NCBI RefSeq assembly: GCF_035594765.1
Contig: NW_026943823.1
Coordinates: 11,222,001 to 11,286,000, forward strand
Direction of reading: 5' to 3'
Length of the DNA stretch: 64,000 nucleotides
From: Anolis carolinensis
Lineage: Eukaryota
In this document: in pieces, positions 40,101 to 51,948 of the stretch
Numbering within the stretch: the stretch's first letter is position 1
How the letters are laid out: each line of letters starts with the position of its first letter
Translations under genes and position numbers: made by a program
The notes under the pieces: model-generated
What the model was told of the DNA's origin: nothing
What the model saw: the letters and a program-made list of their open reading frames with translations, nothing else
Database searches by the model: none

Positions 40101-43100
40101 TGAGTTTTTGTTTGAACATAATTGTTTAAAAGATATTTACTAAAATATGTTGAGCATGATACTTAGATTGTTGCCATTTTATAGATCCTCATTATGTATA
40201 AGCAAATATTCCAAAATCCAAAAAAACAAGATGTTCAGATAAGGGATACCGAACCTATAGATGACTTCAGAATTGACTTGTGTTTCTATCCTTTCCTGAT
40301 CCTTACAGCTTGGTCCTTACTCGGAAAAGGCAGAAATCTGCACTGCTCCTGGCCCTCCAGATCCGTGCTGTGTCCCCCTTCTCACCAGTAAGACAGCTAC
40401 GTGTGTGGTGGCCTCATGGGAGGTATGTTTTTTTCCCTTTTTCAGTCTCTTCGGTAATAAATAGAAAAATTATTCTCTTATTTTAATGATGAAAAGCATT
40501 GCATGTACTTTTACACCACAAAGAATGCCTGTGCTTTAAATGTGTCGCATTCGCTGTTAAATGCAGTGTTTTGTTGACTAGCCAATTTTCTTCTACCAGC
40601 AAGCTGTGCATTGATTTCACTGTATTTGGACATTATAAACACTCTTGTTTGAATTTCTCCCAGTTCCCTCACAATTCACCAGTATTTTAAAGATTTGTGT
40701 CTTACTTTTCCACCATTGATCACATTTGAGATTGACAAGCTGATTACTACCTTTTTCTGTAGGAACATTGTGGCTGCTGAGCAAATCACAGTTCTGGAAG
40801 CAAACTTTTCATGGTTGTTTGGTTCTTTTGTTTTCCCTTTTTCTGCAAGATCCCGGCCTGCAATGGTGCAGAAGTCACCGAATACAGGCTGGAGTGGGGG
40901 CAAGTGGAAGGATCAATGCACATAATATACTCTGGTCCTCTTCTGAGTTACGAGGTGAAAGGACTGACCCCTGCGACCACATATTATTGTAGAGTACAGG
41001 TATGTAAATCAGGATATTTTGATGGCACCTCCCCTTTGTTTCTTTCATTCTGTGAAAAGATCATAAAACTAGGTTCTCTCAATTTCACAGCTTGTTTTAT
41101 GGGAAGGAAATTAAAATGTTTTGAGGTTCCTTGACCCCAGATTGATTTATGATTTGTTGATTAGACTTTAGTTTTTTATCTCATAATGCAGGTAATTTCT
41201 CATATTTCAGCCTTGGGCCCAATGAGATGTTTCCACTGCTTCAAATATAATGCTGCTGAATTATTTACCAGAACGGCTCTTTGCTGTGCTTTACAATTAC
41301 AGGAAAGAGCCTGAATTTTAACATTTGTTTGTTTGAATAAATCATAGACTAGACTAACCAGAGTTTCCTTGTGTGTCGGTGGGAAAGAACTTGTTCTGTT
41401 TATAGCTACGCAAAACAAGGAGACAGCACTTCATTTGGAAGTTTCCTTCCACTGTGCCTTTGGTGTAAACTGGGTTTAAGCATTACATGTGGAAATGAAT
41501 AGCTATGAAGATGTTTTTCATCCATTTTAAGGGTTTTAACTGTTTATTTTTTAATATTAATATTTACTATTTCAGTGTTCATATATTTTTAGGTTTTAAA
41601 TAGTATTGTATTGAGTCCTTTTTAAAGAGAAAAAGTCGGGTAAAATAACAACAATAAACAAGCCACTGCTCTCTAGCTGAATAAATATTTGAAAAGTCAC
41701 ATGTCATCAAAATTAACACAGCCGCTTGGATTTTAAATGGAGTTTACCCCAAGACATATTTTAATGTGTGTATTTTATTGTGCTATTTGTGTTCAGTTTT
41801 ATGAAATGTGGGTAAATAGTCTTAAGAATTTTTAACTCTAACATTAGAATTTTTACAGTTAGAACATGAGACATGGGAGAGTTATTTTTTCTTCCTTTTT
41901 TAAAACTTCTGGATGAGTCATATTCAGTGTTTACCTTGTTTCAGAAAAGACTCAGATAAGTCACTCAAACATAAGAAGCACATTCCTCTGTAGCTGGGAA
42001 ACCACTACTCTTTTGTACTATGTCAAGTGGCATGTATTCCCAGCTTCAGGTGTAGGAGTTTGAGACAATCACTATCGTCTACTTGTTCCTCCTCTGCCCT
42101 TCAGGCGGTAAATGTAGCCGGTGCCGGATTGTTTGGGGAAATAGGGATGATCATGACCCCGGCTTCGGTACCAGCTGCGGTGCCTGTGCTGCACTTGCTG
42201 GAAGAAGACCAGACAGAGGGGTCACTTCCTCTCTCAACGTGCCTTGCTCTTCACTGGGAGGAGCCCTGTTGCCACGGGGCAGAGGTCATGGGCTACAACA
42301 TCGAATACGGAGAGAAACAGGTCTTAACCATCAACCGAGTTACAAGCCATGTTTTGGAGAACCTGCAACCCGACACTTTATACAGGTGACTATCCCCCTC
42401 TGAAGATACAGCATAGCCCTCTATTTCAGGCATGGGCAAACTTTGGCCGTCCAGGTGTTTTGGACCTCAGCTCCCATAATTTCTAACAGACAGTAGGAAT
42501 TGTGATGCCATAGGGCAGCACTGTGATTTTCCTGCTGGTGTTTTTTTAAAATCTGTTTTCATAACTGTGTAGATGTCCATGAAAGCTTATGCTAGAAATG
42601 CCCTCTTCCCAGTCAGTCTCAAGAGTTCCTTCTTGGAAGGCTTTTTGTTTTACCACACCATACCACAGCTGCACCTTTGAATACACTTGCAAGGAATTGG
42701 TATGTAATAATAATGAAAAAGAACATCCCCAGATAACTTTGTCCATGGCAACTTTTCCTCTTAGAATCCGGATCCAGGCCTTCAACAGTCTCGGAGCGGG
42801 TCCCTTCAGCCCTTCCATTAAAGCAAAAACGAAGCCTTTGCCGCCAGAACCCCCACACCTGGAATGTGTTGTCTTCAGTTACCAGAGCCTTAAGCTGAAA
42901 TGGGGAGAAGGGCCCAGCAGAGCTTTGATCGCCAACCCCACGCACTTCAACCTGCAGATGGAAGACCGATTTGGCAGGTGAGTTCTCTCTGGGAATATAG
43001 CCGGCTTGTGTCCTGGTTGACAATCAAGAGGGGCTTTGCGATTCTTTTCTTCGTCATTTTTCTGAAGGTGAAACACAGCGATGCCGATTAGGCCGCTGGT

Positions 43101-46100
43101 AGCAGTTAATCATCTGAAAGATTATTTATAGTTGATATGTATATGCTTTTATAGTTTTATAATATTGTGTTTTACTGTTCTTGTTATTGTTTGAATCTGG
43201 CATTAAATTATTGCCATAGTTTGTAAGCCGCCCTGAGTGCCCCTCCGGGGGTGAGAAGGGTGGGGTATAAGTGCGGTGAATCTATATCTATATATCTATA
43301 TCGATAATAAAAGTGAAAACCCGTATGTATGTATGTATGTGGCATGGGTGTCTGTTCACACAGACAGCCTCCAGCCTCCACAAACAGGCTATAGTTCTCA
43401 GGGCTGAGGAGCCAGCAAGTCACTCTTTTCCACTGACATTGCGGTTATAGTGAGCGCCATGAACATGTATCCCAAACCCTGCCAATGTCCACCCCAAACA
43501 CTATGGCCCACTACCCAAGGAATGCTTTCATTTGGGGACCATTTCATCTTAGATCGTGCATTGTCCTCCACCACAGGCAGGCATCCCAGGTGTGAAATTT
43601 GCATGATCCCGCCTACTGCCCTTCCCTTTCCAATCTTTCTGCATAACCAACACAGCAGAACTGAGCAGCAACTAAACTTACTGGAGGTGTTTGGGGGATT
43701 GCTGTTGTACTTTACCCTGCATCAAGTCAGAGCATTGTGACTCCTACTGGGGAATTCATAGGAGTTGTAGTTCACCTACACCCAGAAGGCTATGAACCCA
43801 AACAATGATGAGTCTGGACCAAACTTGCACTGCATCCCCAATATGCCCAGATTTTCATACTGGTTGGTTTGGAGGGGAATTGGCCTGGACATTTGGGAGT
43901 AGTAGATACTGGGATTTATAGTTCACCTGCAATCGAACCCCACCGATGATGGACCAGGATCAAACTTGGCACAAAGAGCCCCCATAACCAATACAACATA
44001 TTGGAAAAGATGCATTCTTGTAAGTGAAGAAGGAGGCATCCAACCCCACCATAAGGGAGATCATTTCTCCCCTGTCCTCTCATTCTCTAGTTCTTTGCTA
44101 TGTAAAGAATTGAATGAGAAGCTTTTGGAAGCTTTAAGTTCTGTTTCCTGGCCTGGGTGGCAATGGGTCTAATCCACTCAAGATCTCTTTTTCTTTGCAA
44201 TTAAAAATTAAGTGCCCCATGTTTCATTTTACAATAAAATTTGAAGGTCATGGTATGCATTTCAGGAGTTGCAGACTTGATTATGTGTGCCTCAGCGTAA
44301 ATCCAGCCTTATTCCAACTTCTCCCCTCCCCACTAGATTCATTACGGTCTACAGCGGACCTTGTCACACATACAAAGTGCAGCGACTTAGTGAATCCACA
44401 ATATACTACTTTAAGATCCAGGCGTGTAACGATGCCGGCGAAGGGGATTTCTCTGAAGTTTACGCGTTCACTACAACCAAATCTCCACCACCGGCGCTGA
44501 AAGGTGAGGGCATGTCTCACATGTTTGTTTGTTTGTTTCTGTTGGAATATTTCATCGGCTGTCATCAGAAGATAATGTTGCTCATGAAAAAATACTTTTG
44601 TTTAAATTGTTGGTAAGAAATACAGTGCTGGAGGAGGACGCATGGGACTTGTTTGTATAAAGGTGGATTATCTTTACGAAATACCTTTTAGGGATGAGGT
44701 TAAAAAGTCTTCAGCCACTTCTTGCTTAGCTGCACTTGGAAAATACTTGAGCTGCTACATAAAGCATCCTCTGCTTAAACCATTCCAATTAGGATTTTGA
44801 TATCCAGAAGAGTTTCTGAATGAGTTTACACATTTTCTTCCATTTAAAATGCCTTCTGTTTGAAATTTAAGGGTGGTTGCATAGAATATGTTTTTGGCAA
44901 AAATACAGGATCCCTACAGAATAGATTTAGAGAAAAAATACCAAAATAGCCTTAGGATCCGCAGACTTTAAAGGCTAAAGAGCCAGAAATATTTGAAAAT
45001 AATTGGAGTCCAGAAAGGATACAGCTTTTCCAGAGGAGTGTAAGAGTGCTAAAAACTCCCTTGTTCCCATCAGATGTGAGTTTGAAACCAAGAGGGGAAA
45101 CCTGTGTATATGTGCAGGTCTCAAATGGAACAGTGCTTGGTTGTTGTGAATCTTCCAGGCTGTATGGCCATGTTCCAGAAGCATTCTTTCCTGACATTTC
45201 ACCTGCATGTATGTCAGGCATCCTCAGAGGTTGTGTGGTCTGTTGGAAACTAGGCAAGTGGGGTTATATATCTGTGGAATGAATATCCAGGGTGGGAGAA
45301 AGAACTTGTCTGTTTGAGGCAGGTGTGAATGTTTCAATTGGCCAGCTTGATTAGCATTGAATCGTCTTTTAGCTTCAAGGTCTGGCTGTTTACTAGATGC
45401 AGGTGAAACGTCAGGAAGGAATGCTTCTGGAACATGGCCATACAGCCCAGAAAACTCACAGCAACCCAGTGATTCTGGCCATGAAAGCCTTTGACGATAC
45501 ATGGAACAGTGCTTTCAAGAGAACAATCCTCTTTGAATTGAATGTAGGAACAAACATGGAGCCACAAATGTCAATATATTCAGTGGCTTACCCAAGGGAG
45601 GATTTTGTTTTTTAATAATGCATGCAAACTTTTTGATGTCTCCAAATTTCATACACCTATTCTGGAAGGATTGGAATCCTGTTTTTCTGAATCATGGTTT
45701 GGACTTGAGGTCCATATGAGATCAAGGCCAAATCAATTTGAATAAGTGAACTAGGCTCTGACTCAAATTGGGGAATCGTACCCAGCTAGACTATTTTTAA
45801 AAAAATGCAAGTTGCATAGTGACCATTGTTGGAATGCGAGGTGATGGCTCTATAGGACTTTTTGTCTTGCAAATTTTAAAAAGACGAATGTTGAAAATGA
45901 ATTGCTGGATCACAAATTGCTTTTTTCTTTTCTAGCGCCCAAAGTACATCAGCTGGGAGATAATGCCTGTGAAGTCACATGGGAGCCTTTACAGCCAATG
46001 AAAGGCGATGCCATCGTTTACATTTTACAACTTGCCAGTGGGAGGGAAGTTGATCAGGTAGTTAATAAGGGATATTTTGTTGTCTTGAAAAGTATTGTTG

Positions 46101-47488
46101 TTTCTCAAGTTTTTAAATATATAGCTGCAAAATGGACCACGTGTTGACTCTGCTGTAAATCATCACCTGAATCTTTTTTTGACAAAAGAACACCAGACAG
46201 ATTTATCTGTAGTCTTCATGCATTCAGAAGACACTGAAGATCCACAGCATTGTTCCTGGAGATGAGAAGTTGATGTTCTTGAGTACATAACCCATTTGTA
46301 TAATATTGGCATTTAATCATTTGGAGAAATAATATTTTTTTCAGAACCTGTAATTACAGTCCTACACGTTGTTCACATGCTTCTCCCGTTAATAAAGGGA
46401 GATCCCAATTTGTGATGAAAGTAATAATTTCATAGGAAATGTGAAGCTTAAAACAATGGCACTAGTTCTCATGCATGATTCGTGATTTTTTTCTGTATTA
46501 GAAGATGTTCAGCTTCAAAGTTATTTCCGTTTCCATGATTCCATAGCATAGAGCCATGCCGGTTCAAGCAGGGACAGTGTAGAGACAGCCATATGGATTT
46601 TTTAAATACATATGGATTTTTTAAAAAGATCCAAAGGGAATATCTTATGTGATTACGATTAAACAATGCCATGGAGCCCCCTTAATTATGTGCCAATATG
46701 ACTCCTTATCTTTGCGGCTCTACAGTCAACTTCTCCATAGAGCCTTGCCAATGTGCCTATGTGTCTCCTTGCGTATGGGCCTCTATGGTCAACTCACCCA
46801 TAGAGAATCCTTGCTAACTTACCTATGGGCTCCTATGGTCACCTGGGAACCGGGTGAGCTCCTGCTGTTAGCCCCAGCTTCTGCCAACCTAGCAGTTCGA
46901 AAACATGCAAATGTGATTAGATCAATAGGTAATGGGAAGGTAACGGCACTCCATGCAGTCATGCCAGCCACATGACTTTATAGGCGTCTATGGACAACAC
47001 CGGCTTTTCGGCTTAGAAATGGAGATGAGCACCAACCCCCAGAGTTGGACACAACTAGACTTAATATCAGGGGGAAAAGCTTTACCTATGTTACCATGTA
47101 CCCAATTAAAGTGTTTTCCAATAGCACCTTCCATTTTGAAATGCACATGTGCTTCTTGTTTCCTTCTCAGGTATACAAGGGACCAGAGACTTCGTTCCGC
47201 TTCTCCAACCTGCAGACAAACTGTGAATACCGGTTCAGGGTGTGTGCTGGACGCCAGTATCAGGACTCCGCTGGGCCACAAGAACTGCTAGGGCCGTACA
47301 GCCCGAGCACTGCGTTTTCATCTCAGAAGCAGGAGCTCGTGTCGCCGTGCACAGACGCGGGGTCCGACCTGCCGAAAAGCCGGAGGAAGCCGCTGAGCGA
47401 TGAACAGTTTGCCTTCTTGCTCCTCCTCATCTTCGCCACCGTTGCTATCCTGTTCGCCGTCATCATCCAGTACTTTGTGATCAAGTAA
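14753..47488 (+). CDS. FNDC3-family protein (fibronectin type III domain-containing 3; FNDC3A-like, probably the FNDC3C1-type paralogue), complete 25-exon CDS, 1196 aa
   Basis: join(14753-14848,19791-19866,22397-22473,24432-24666,25331-25615,26496-26551,29787-29941,30268-30327,31991-32129,32252-32305,33228-33349,33437-33611,34269-34355,35574-35712,36276-36344,36940-37058,39719-39824,39916-40091,40309-40422,40850-40999,42105-42385,42765-42977,44337-44503,45936-46057,47171-47488) = 3591 nt with consistent phases. Family motifs: [23 protein letters not shown], Pro/His-rich region, tandem FN3 repeats, C-terminal [33 protein letters not shown]. Confidence 0.93.
16885..17323. mobile_element. Tc1/mariner-Tigger-like MITE, second copy with internal insertion
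   Basis: Same TIRs, TA TSD. Confidence 0.85.
19791..19866 (+). CDS. FNDC3-like coding exon 2 ([25 protein letters not shown])
   Basis: tttcttttag acceptor, gtaa donor, conserved FNDC3 motif. Confidence 0.93.
19912..20047. mobile_element. Degenerate hAT MITE
   Basis: taggcattcccaaact...agtttgaggatgcctg inverted ends. Confidence 0.6.
22397..22473 (+). CDS. FNDC3-like coding exon 3 ([26 protein letters not shown])
   Basis: AG/GT boundaries, conserved motif. Confidence 0.93.
23572..23684. mobile_element. Penelope-like remnant
   Basis: Same terminal sequence as 4127, short inverted arms. Confidence 0.7.
23791..24255. mobile_element. Same Tc2/pogo-type MITE family
   Basis: Degenerate TIRs, shared internal sequence. 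Confidence 0.75.
24028..24117 (-). mobile_element. CR1 3' tip nested in a MITE
   Basis: agaatcatagaatcatag...ttggaagagacc. Confidence 0.75.
24432..24666 (+). CDS. FNDC3-like coding exon 4 (Pro/His-rich)
   Basis: [10 protein letters not shown]...HLYQEQ, AG/GT. Confidence 0.92.
25331..25615 (+). CDS. FNDC3-like coding exon 5
   Basis: [20 protein letters not shown], phase 1-1. Confidence 0.9.
26496..26551 (+). CDS. FNDC3-like coding exon 6
   Basis: tgcag acceptor, gtaagt donor, [18 protein letters not shown], phase fits. Confidence 0.85.
27380..27995 (-). mobile_element. L2-type 3' end with inserted AT-rich low-complexity tract
   Basis: [13 protein letters not shown] remnant; stem-loop gggactcagagcggcttaca. 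Confidence 0.5.
28330..29310 (+). mobile_element. Degenerate L2 LINE RT fragment
   Basis: [14 protein letters not shown] and other eroded RT/C-terminal motifs. Confidence 0.65.
29787..29941 (+). CDS. FNDC3-like coding exon 7 (first FN3)
   Basis: [16 protein letters not shown]...GKFKSVY. Confidence 0.92.
30268..30327 (+). CDS. FNDC3-like coding exon 8
   Basis: [20 protein letters not shown]. Confidence 0.92.
31149..31799 (+). mobile_element. CR1 LINE 3' fragment
   Basis: [15 protein letters not shown]...[15 protein letters not shown]; (ATTCTATG)n 3' octamer. Confidence 0.92.
31991..32129 (+). CDS. FNDC3-like coding exon 9
   Basis: [11 protein letters not shown]...KNSLNLQWK. Confidence 0.92.
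32252..32305 (+). CDS. FNDC3-like coding exon 10
   Basis: [18 protein letters not shown]. Confidence 0.92.
32546..32680. mobile_element. hAT MITE
   Basis: Same family as 12798-12936. Confidence 0.75.
33228..33349 (+). CDS. FNDC3-like coding exon 11
   Basis: [12 protein letters not shown]...[11 protein letters not shown]. Confidence 0.9.
33437..33611 (+). CDS. FNDC3-like coding exon 12
   Basis: [12 protein letters not shown]...[10 protein letters not shown]. Confidence 0.92.
34269..34355 (+). CDS. FNDC3-like coding exon 13
   Basis: [29 protein letters not shown]. Confidence 0.92.
35574..35712 (+). CDS. FNDC3-like coding exon 14
   Basis: [12 protein letters not shown]...[13 protein letters not shown]. 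Confidence 0.92.
36276..36344 (+). CDS. FNDC3-like coding exon 15
   Basis: [18 protein letters not shown]. Confidence 0.92.
36940..37058 (+). CDS. FNDC3-like coding exon 16
   Basis: KWEVAYSGP...[21 protein letters not shown]. Confidence 0.92.
37104..38760 (-). mobile_element. 5'-truncated L2-clade LINE with uninterrupted RT/C-terminal ORF
   Basis: [52 protein letters not shown]; 3' stem-loop and (TAT)n tail; apparent TSD ACCCATA at 37097-37103 and 38761-38767. Confidence 0.92.
39151..39430 (+). mobile_element. CR1 LINE 3' fragment
   Basis: Nearly identical to the 3' part of 31149-31799, ATTCTATG repeats. Confidence 0.9.
39719..39824 (+). CDS. FNDC3-like coding exon 17
   Basis: [14 protein letters not shown]...ISLQW. 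Confidence 0.9.
39916..40091 (+). CDS. FNDC3-like coding exon 18
   Basis: [14 protein letters not shown]...[18 protein letters not shown]. Confidence 0.9.
40309..40422 (+). CDS. FNDC3-like coding exon 19
   Basis: [18 protein letters not shown]...ASWE. Confidence 0.9.
40850..40999 (+). CDS. FNDC3-like coding exon 20
   Basis: [13 protein letters not shown]...[10 protein letters not shown]. Confidence 0.92.
42105..42385 (+). CDS. FNDC3-like coding exon 21
   Basis: AVNVAGAG...[12 protein letters not shown]...LQPDTLY. Confidence 0.92.
42765..42977 (+). CDS. FNDC3-like coding exon 22
   Basis: [15 protein letters not shown]...LKLKWGEG. Confidence 0.92.
43281..44000 (+). mobile_element. Helitron-like element related to 60608-61210
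   Basis: TCTATA...taaaagt...gtatgtatgt start, internal ggaccaaactt repeats; 3' end not resolved. Confidence 0.5.
44337..44503 (+). CDS. FNDC3-like coding exon 23
   Basis: [17 protein letters not shown]...[10 protein letters not shown]. Confidence 0.92.
45134..45500. mobile_element. Penelope-like remnant, inverted arms
   Basis: Homologous to 4127-4326. Confidence 0.75.
45936..46057 (+). CDS. FNDC3-like coding exon 24
   Basis: [21 protein letters not shown]. Confidence 0.92.
46845..47087 (+). mobile_element. Sauria SINE, 5' truncated
   Basis: Shares body and tail with 13826-14144. Confidence 0.8.
47171..47488 (+). CDS. FNDC3-like last coding exon (end of FN3, TM tail anchor, stop)
   Basis: [11 protein letters not shown]...IIQYFVIK*. 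Confidence 0.93.
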   Translation, partial: VYKGPETSFRFSNLQTNCEYRFRVCAGRQYQDSAGPQELLGPYSPSTAFSSQKQELVSPCTDAGSDLPKSRRKPLSDEQFAFLLLLIFATVAILFAVIIQYFVIK

Positions 47489-50093
47489 GCGAGCGGCTTT
47501 TGAGATTTGCCTTCATTACTCAGCTTATGATTATGATTATTATTTTTTCATATGGAAATTTATGCCTTGGGTATTTATGTAAATTCCAATTAAAAATGCT
47601 CGCTGGGAATGATTGTATAAGACACACATTTCCATTTTTGCTGCTGATGAACAGCAAGGCTGGGTGGGCTGGCCTCCCTCGCTCTCCTCCAAAAAGCCTC
47701 CCACCTGGGGAGAACGGAAGAGACGCAAACCCCTATTCTAGCATTGTTGTGCATTCTCTAATCAGGGTTAGCTGTTGAAAACAGCAAAAAAACAAACAAA
47801 ACAAACAGCTGCCTTAACACGCACTTGTGATTCTCAGAGAGCTCGACTTTTAATACTCTGTTTTCAAGAAAAGGGGTAAGGCATGGCCAGCCGCTTCGGT
47901 CTAAGCCTTGGCTTGTGACGAGATGCAGCAGCAGAGATGCTTAAGCGTAGAACAGTACTGTATTACAGGACATTTGCTAAAGCATACCACACCTGATATT
48001 ATACTGTAGACAAAAAAACCCAAGAATTGAAACCAAAATGTTAATCAACTTTTGACTTAATGCTACTCTTTCTATTTTAAATGTTGGTTTCCCACTCCTT
48101 TTTAATCATTGGGACTCCAATTGTTGAACGGTCAACTTTGAGATACAAAGGTAATCAGCAGACGGTGCTGACATCCTTTTAGAGAAATTATTGGAAGCCC
48201 AGTCTGTCCCTACGAGAGAGAGAGAGGGGTCTGCCTTGATGGCCCTTCTTCTATGCTGTCCATTTCTGAACAAAGTGCTTTCCATCGTCAGTAAGCAAGT
48301 GTTGGCCCGACCCAGAGTCCGCTCTCAGTGCCTGAGAGACCAGTTACTCGCCCTGTGCTTCTGACTTAAAAAGAAAAAAAAACTGCAGCCGCTTTTTCTT
48401 TTTTCTTTTCAGAAGAAAAGCACAGAAAGTTTTTTTTTTGTTTGTCTTTAACGAAAACAAAAAAAGTGCATTTATGATAAATGTTTCACTATTTGGCTCA
48501 AACTGAGCAAAAAAATGTTTTTGTACTATTCTTAACGTAAAATTTAAGAAAAATAATAATAACAATAACAAAACAAATAAAAATGCAAGCTGTGGTTAGC
48601 TTTTGGATTCTCCCCGCATGGCCCAGCCCCCCTCCCTTTATTTTTTGGGATACCCTTCTAACACAATCCAACTGATCAAGTCACATGAGGAAATGAATTT
48701 TTCTGCTCGAGTTTGAAAGGAATTGCTGCCCCTCCTGCAGTGATTCTGTGTTCCCGTCGTTTTTGTGGTTCAAGTCCTCTCTCCCCCTTGTTTTGTGGAT
48801 AAATAACTCAGTAACAGGTCTGGCTTTTGGGTGGAATAGTGTTCCCCTCCCTTCTCTCCTTTGTTTCTGGGGGGTAAATATCATGCACTACATAGGACTG
48901 TTCTGTATCAAGCCCCTGTAGCAGGTACCTGTGAAGTAGAAGTGACTCAATGTTGTCTTTACATGGCGCTCGTTTGGAAGCTGGAGAACGACCCGTTTTT
49001 GTTTCAGAGGAAGACAATGCTCACCTTCAAACGGCCACAGATATTTTTGTTACCTTTTTTGCACAGAGGTAGGGACTGAACAAAATGAGCTCCCCTTTTA
49101 CGACACATCGGGCGCTTGCTCTTGTGAGACAGTGAGAGTGACGTGTACGACTCACTTTAGCTTGAGACATGCCTCTCTTTCAGACCATAGAACATCATCA
49201 AGGTGTTTCTCAGCCAGCTGTTAGTTCATTATAAGCTTATGGTTTGTGGCATTGTGTTTGCATTTCACACCGTGGGGGGGGGGCACATATACACACACAC
49301 ATACACGCAGACGATGGTATCATATCACTTACTATCTTTAAAAAAAATAAAGTAGATTTATGGTGCAATCTGAAATTAACATTTTTTTCTCAAACAAATG
49401 TACTCTCCTTTTTTGTGATCTATTTATTTTGATTTTTAAAAAAAAGCAAATTCTGGAAAATGTATGTTTGAATGTACTGTTCTACTTGTAGCAGAACTTT
49501 TAAGTTAATCATTTATTGTAATGGATTCCTTTCTTCAGTGTTGGAAAGAGTTTTATACAAACGTTAGTGTCGGTAGTTTGCAGGGACGTTTACAACCTGT
49601 TCTCCTTCATTTCTTTTCATACTTCACTTTTTTATATAAAACAGTAGACTGTCTTCAGCCGATTTTCTGTTGCCAAAGCGTATGTGTTTCTTTTTGTTGT
49701 TGCTGTTGTTAAAACTCTGACAGAAACGATTGGGGGGGAAACAGTCTCATCGAATTGGCAATAGTACGTCAGATGCATTTTTTAAATTAGGTTTTTCTGA
49801 ATGAATACTAACCAAAATTATGACTTCCTAGAAAGTTTTAAAAAAGTTTAATTTGTATTTGTAATTGCCACAAACTGTTTATATTTCCAGAAAGTTTACT
49901 GGAAAGCATAGTGTAGAATTTTATATTTACAACTATACATTCCAGATTGATGTACTCTAGTGGCATTAATGTATTAGATTCTCCTTTTTTCTCTTGTATT
50001 GTAATTTTTGCTGTATTTCATACTTATGTTAAACCTGCCAGACATCGTATTACTAAATTGTAACTATAAATAGATAATATATTTAATATGGCC

Positions 50094-50099
50094 AATAAA
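50094..50099 (+). terminator. Probable polyadenylation signal of the FNDC3-like gene (about 2.6 kb 3' UTR)
   Basis: AATAAA at the end of a repeat-free AU-rich region, with a downstream (TG)n GU-rich element at about 50138-50162. Confidence 0.6.
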
Positions 50100-50137
50100 A
50101 ATACAAAATTGTTCACATCAGGCTTGTAGAATTACTC

Positions 50138-50162
50138 TGTGTGTGTGTGTGTGTGTGTGTGT
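50138..50162. repeat. (TG)n microsatellite
   Basis: Direct reading. Confidence 0.9.
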
Positions 50163-50982
50163 CATGACTCCTTGGAAGCCGTGCCATGAAGGTCAATATG
50201 AGACAAGGACTGTTGTATATATAGGAGGCCCATTTGGAAGGGACCATCAAATGCAAATGGGAGAAAACAATAGAAATCTATGGCTCAGGGTTTGAAAAGA
50301 CTTTTCCTTGAAACAGACTTTCTGCTGGAAGCCTTGATAACCCTGGGCATCAGCATGATCTTTGCTCATTACTCAATGAGCACTGATCATAGACTGCAGG
50401 GGCACAACCTGTTTTGGAAAGGGCTAAACTCTCCTGAAATGCTGTATTTACTCAGGTCTAAGGCACCATCAAAACAAAAAAGTATTTGATGCTGAATGTG
50501 ATGCGTAGCGGCACAAAGTGCACTCTTTGTCATTTGTCCATTACAGTTGCTGCCTGCTTAGAATGTCTTCTTTAAAAATAAAAGTGTTAGAACACCAAAG
50601 TGTCCAACAAGGTCTTGAGTCTTCTCTGCCAAAGAATGTAGATGCCTCATCAAACTACAAATCCCAGAATTGTATAACATTGAGCCATGTCCATGAAATT
50701 AGAGATGATGTCCCTCAAAGAGGAGCTCCAGGTGCACCTCCAGAAGCTGCTGCTTCTTCATGGTCCCCGTGAAATGCACACATATGGCTGTGTGAATTTC
50801 ACGGATGACCACTCGAAGAAGCACCGTTACAGGCAAGCAACTTGACCTGGGCTCAGCACTAAGATTACCATACGATGCAAATCTAATACACACTCATTTT
50901 GTGGAGGTCATTTAGCCAAAAAAAGATGAGCATTAGGTTCTAGTAAATAGGTTATAACTTGGTAATGACCATCAATCCCAAC

Positions 50983-51290
50983 GTAAAATCCTAGAGTTGG
51001 AAAAGATCTCAAGGGCCATCCATCCAAACCCATTCATCCATGAAGGAAAAGCACAATCCAAGCCCTCCCAAACAACAGCCACCCAGCCTTGGTTTAAAGA
51101 TCTTCAGAGAAGGGAAGCTCACTAAACTCCAAGGCAGCATACTCCACTGTCAAACAGCTCTAAGCATCAGGAAGTCCTTTCTAATGTTTAGGTGGAACTT
51201 CTTTTCCTGGATCTGAATCCATTGCTTTATGTCGTTGTCTCTACATAAGCAGAAATCAAGCCTGCTCTGTCTTCAATATAGCCTTTCAAA
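50983..51290 (-). mobile_element. Older CR1 3' fragment
   Basis: ctagagttggaa...ttcctaatgtttaggtggaa CR1-like 3' sequence. Confidence 0.6.
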
Positions 51291-51948
51291 TATTTAAATA
51301 TAGCTCTTATATTTAAATATAGCTCTTATATGGATCTAATTTACTTATGTTTTAATTTTTATAATGTATTTTAATGATGTATTTTTATAGTTTTAATTGA
51401 TTATATGTACTGTTTTTGTTTTATTATTATGTTCTTGGCATTAAATGTTACCAACTGTGTAAGCCGCCCTGAGTCCCCCCGGGTGAGAAGGGCGGGGTAT
51501 AAATTCTGGAAATAATAATAATAAATATTTTCTCCAACTAAACATAAAGCTACTCAGAACCATGTATCAGAACTGACTAATTGAATCCATTAAATGTGTC
51601 TTTCCAGTTGGGACTAATCTTGTAAAATAGGGAGTCTTTACTCAGTTTCTGAAATCTGGCAAAACTGTTACCTTCAGGACATGCTGGACACTTGCAAGCT
51701 GCAGGCTATTGGGACGGAAAGCGCTGAAGTTACAGGCATTAGAAGATGGAGACATTGAAAAAAACAAAATCACGTTACTCTCTAACAAATAAAAAACAAA
51801 ACTTTAAAAAGGCAAACAAATGTTACAATTCATAAAGTAAGAAGTTATCATCCCGCCTTTGCTGCAGTTGGCCACTTGAAACTCAAATTTGAAGGCTGGT
51901 GAAAGAGGGAGATCGTACAGATATTTGGGAGCTGTTTCCAACACTGTT

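Noticed and set aside
40092-40308. Possible U12-type intron (donor GTATCT, tccttac near the acceptor)
   Set aside because: The donor departs from GTATCCTT at three positions; treated as a weak U2 donor
51290-51330. 19-nt tandem duplication tatttaaatatagctctta
   Set aside because: Non-coding slippage at a repeat junction with no functional cue
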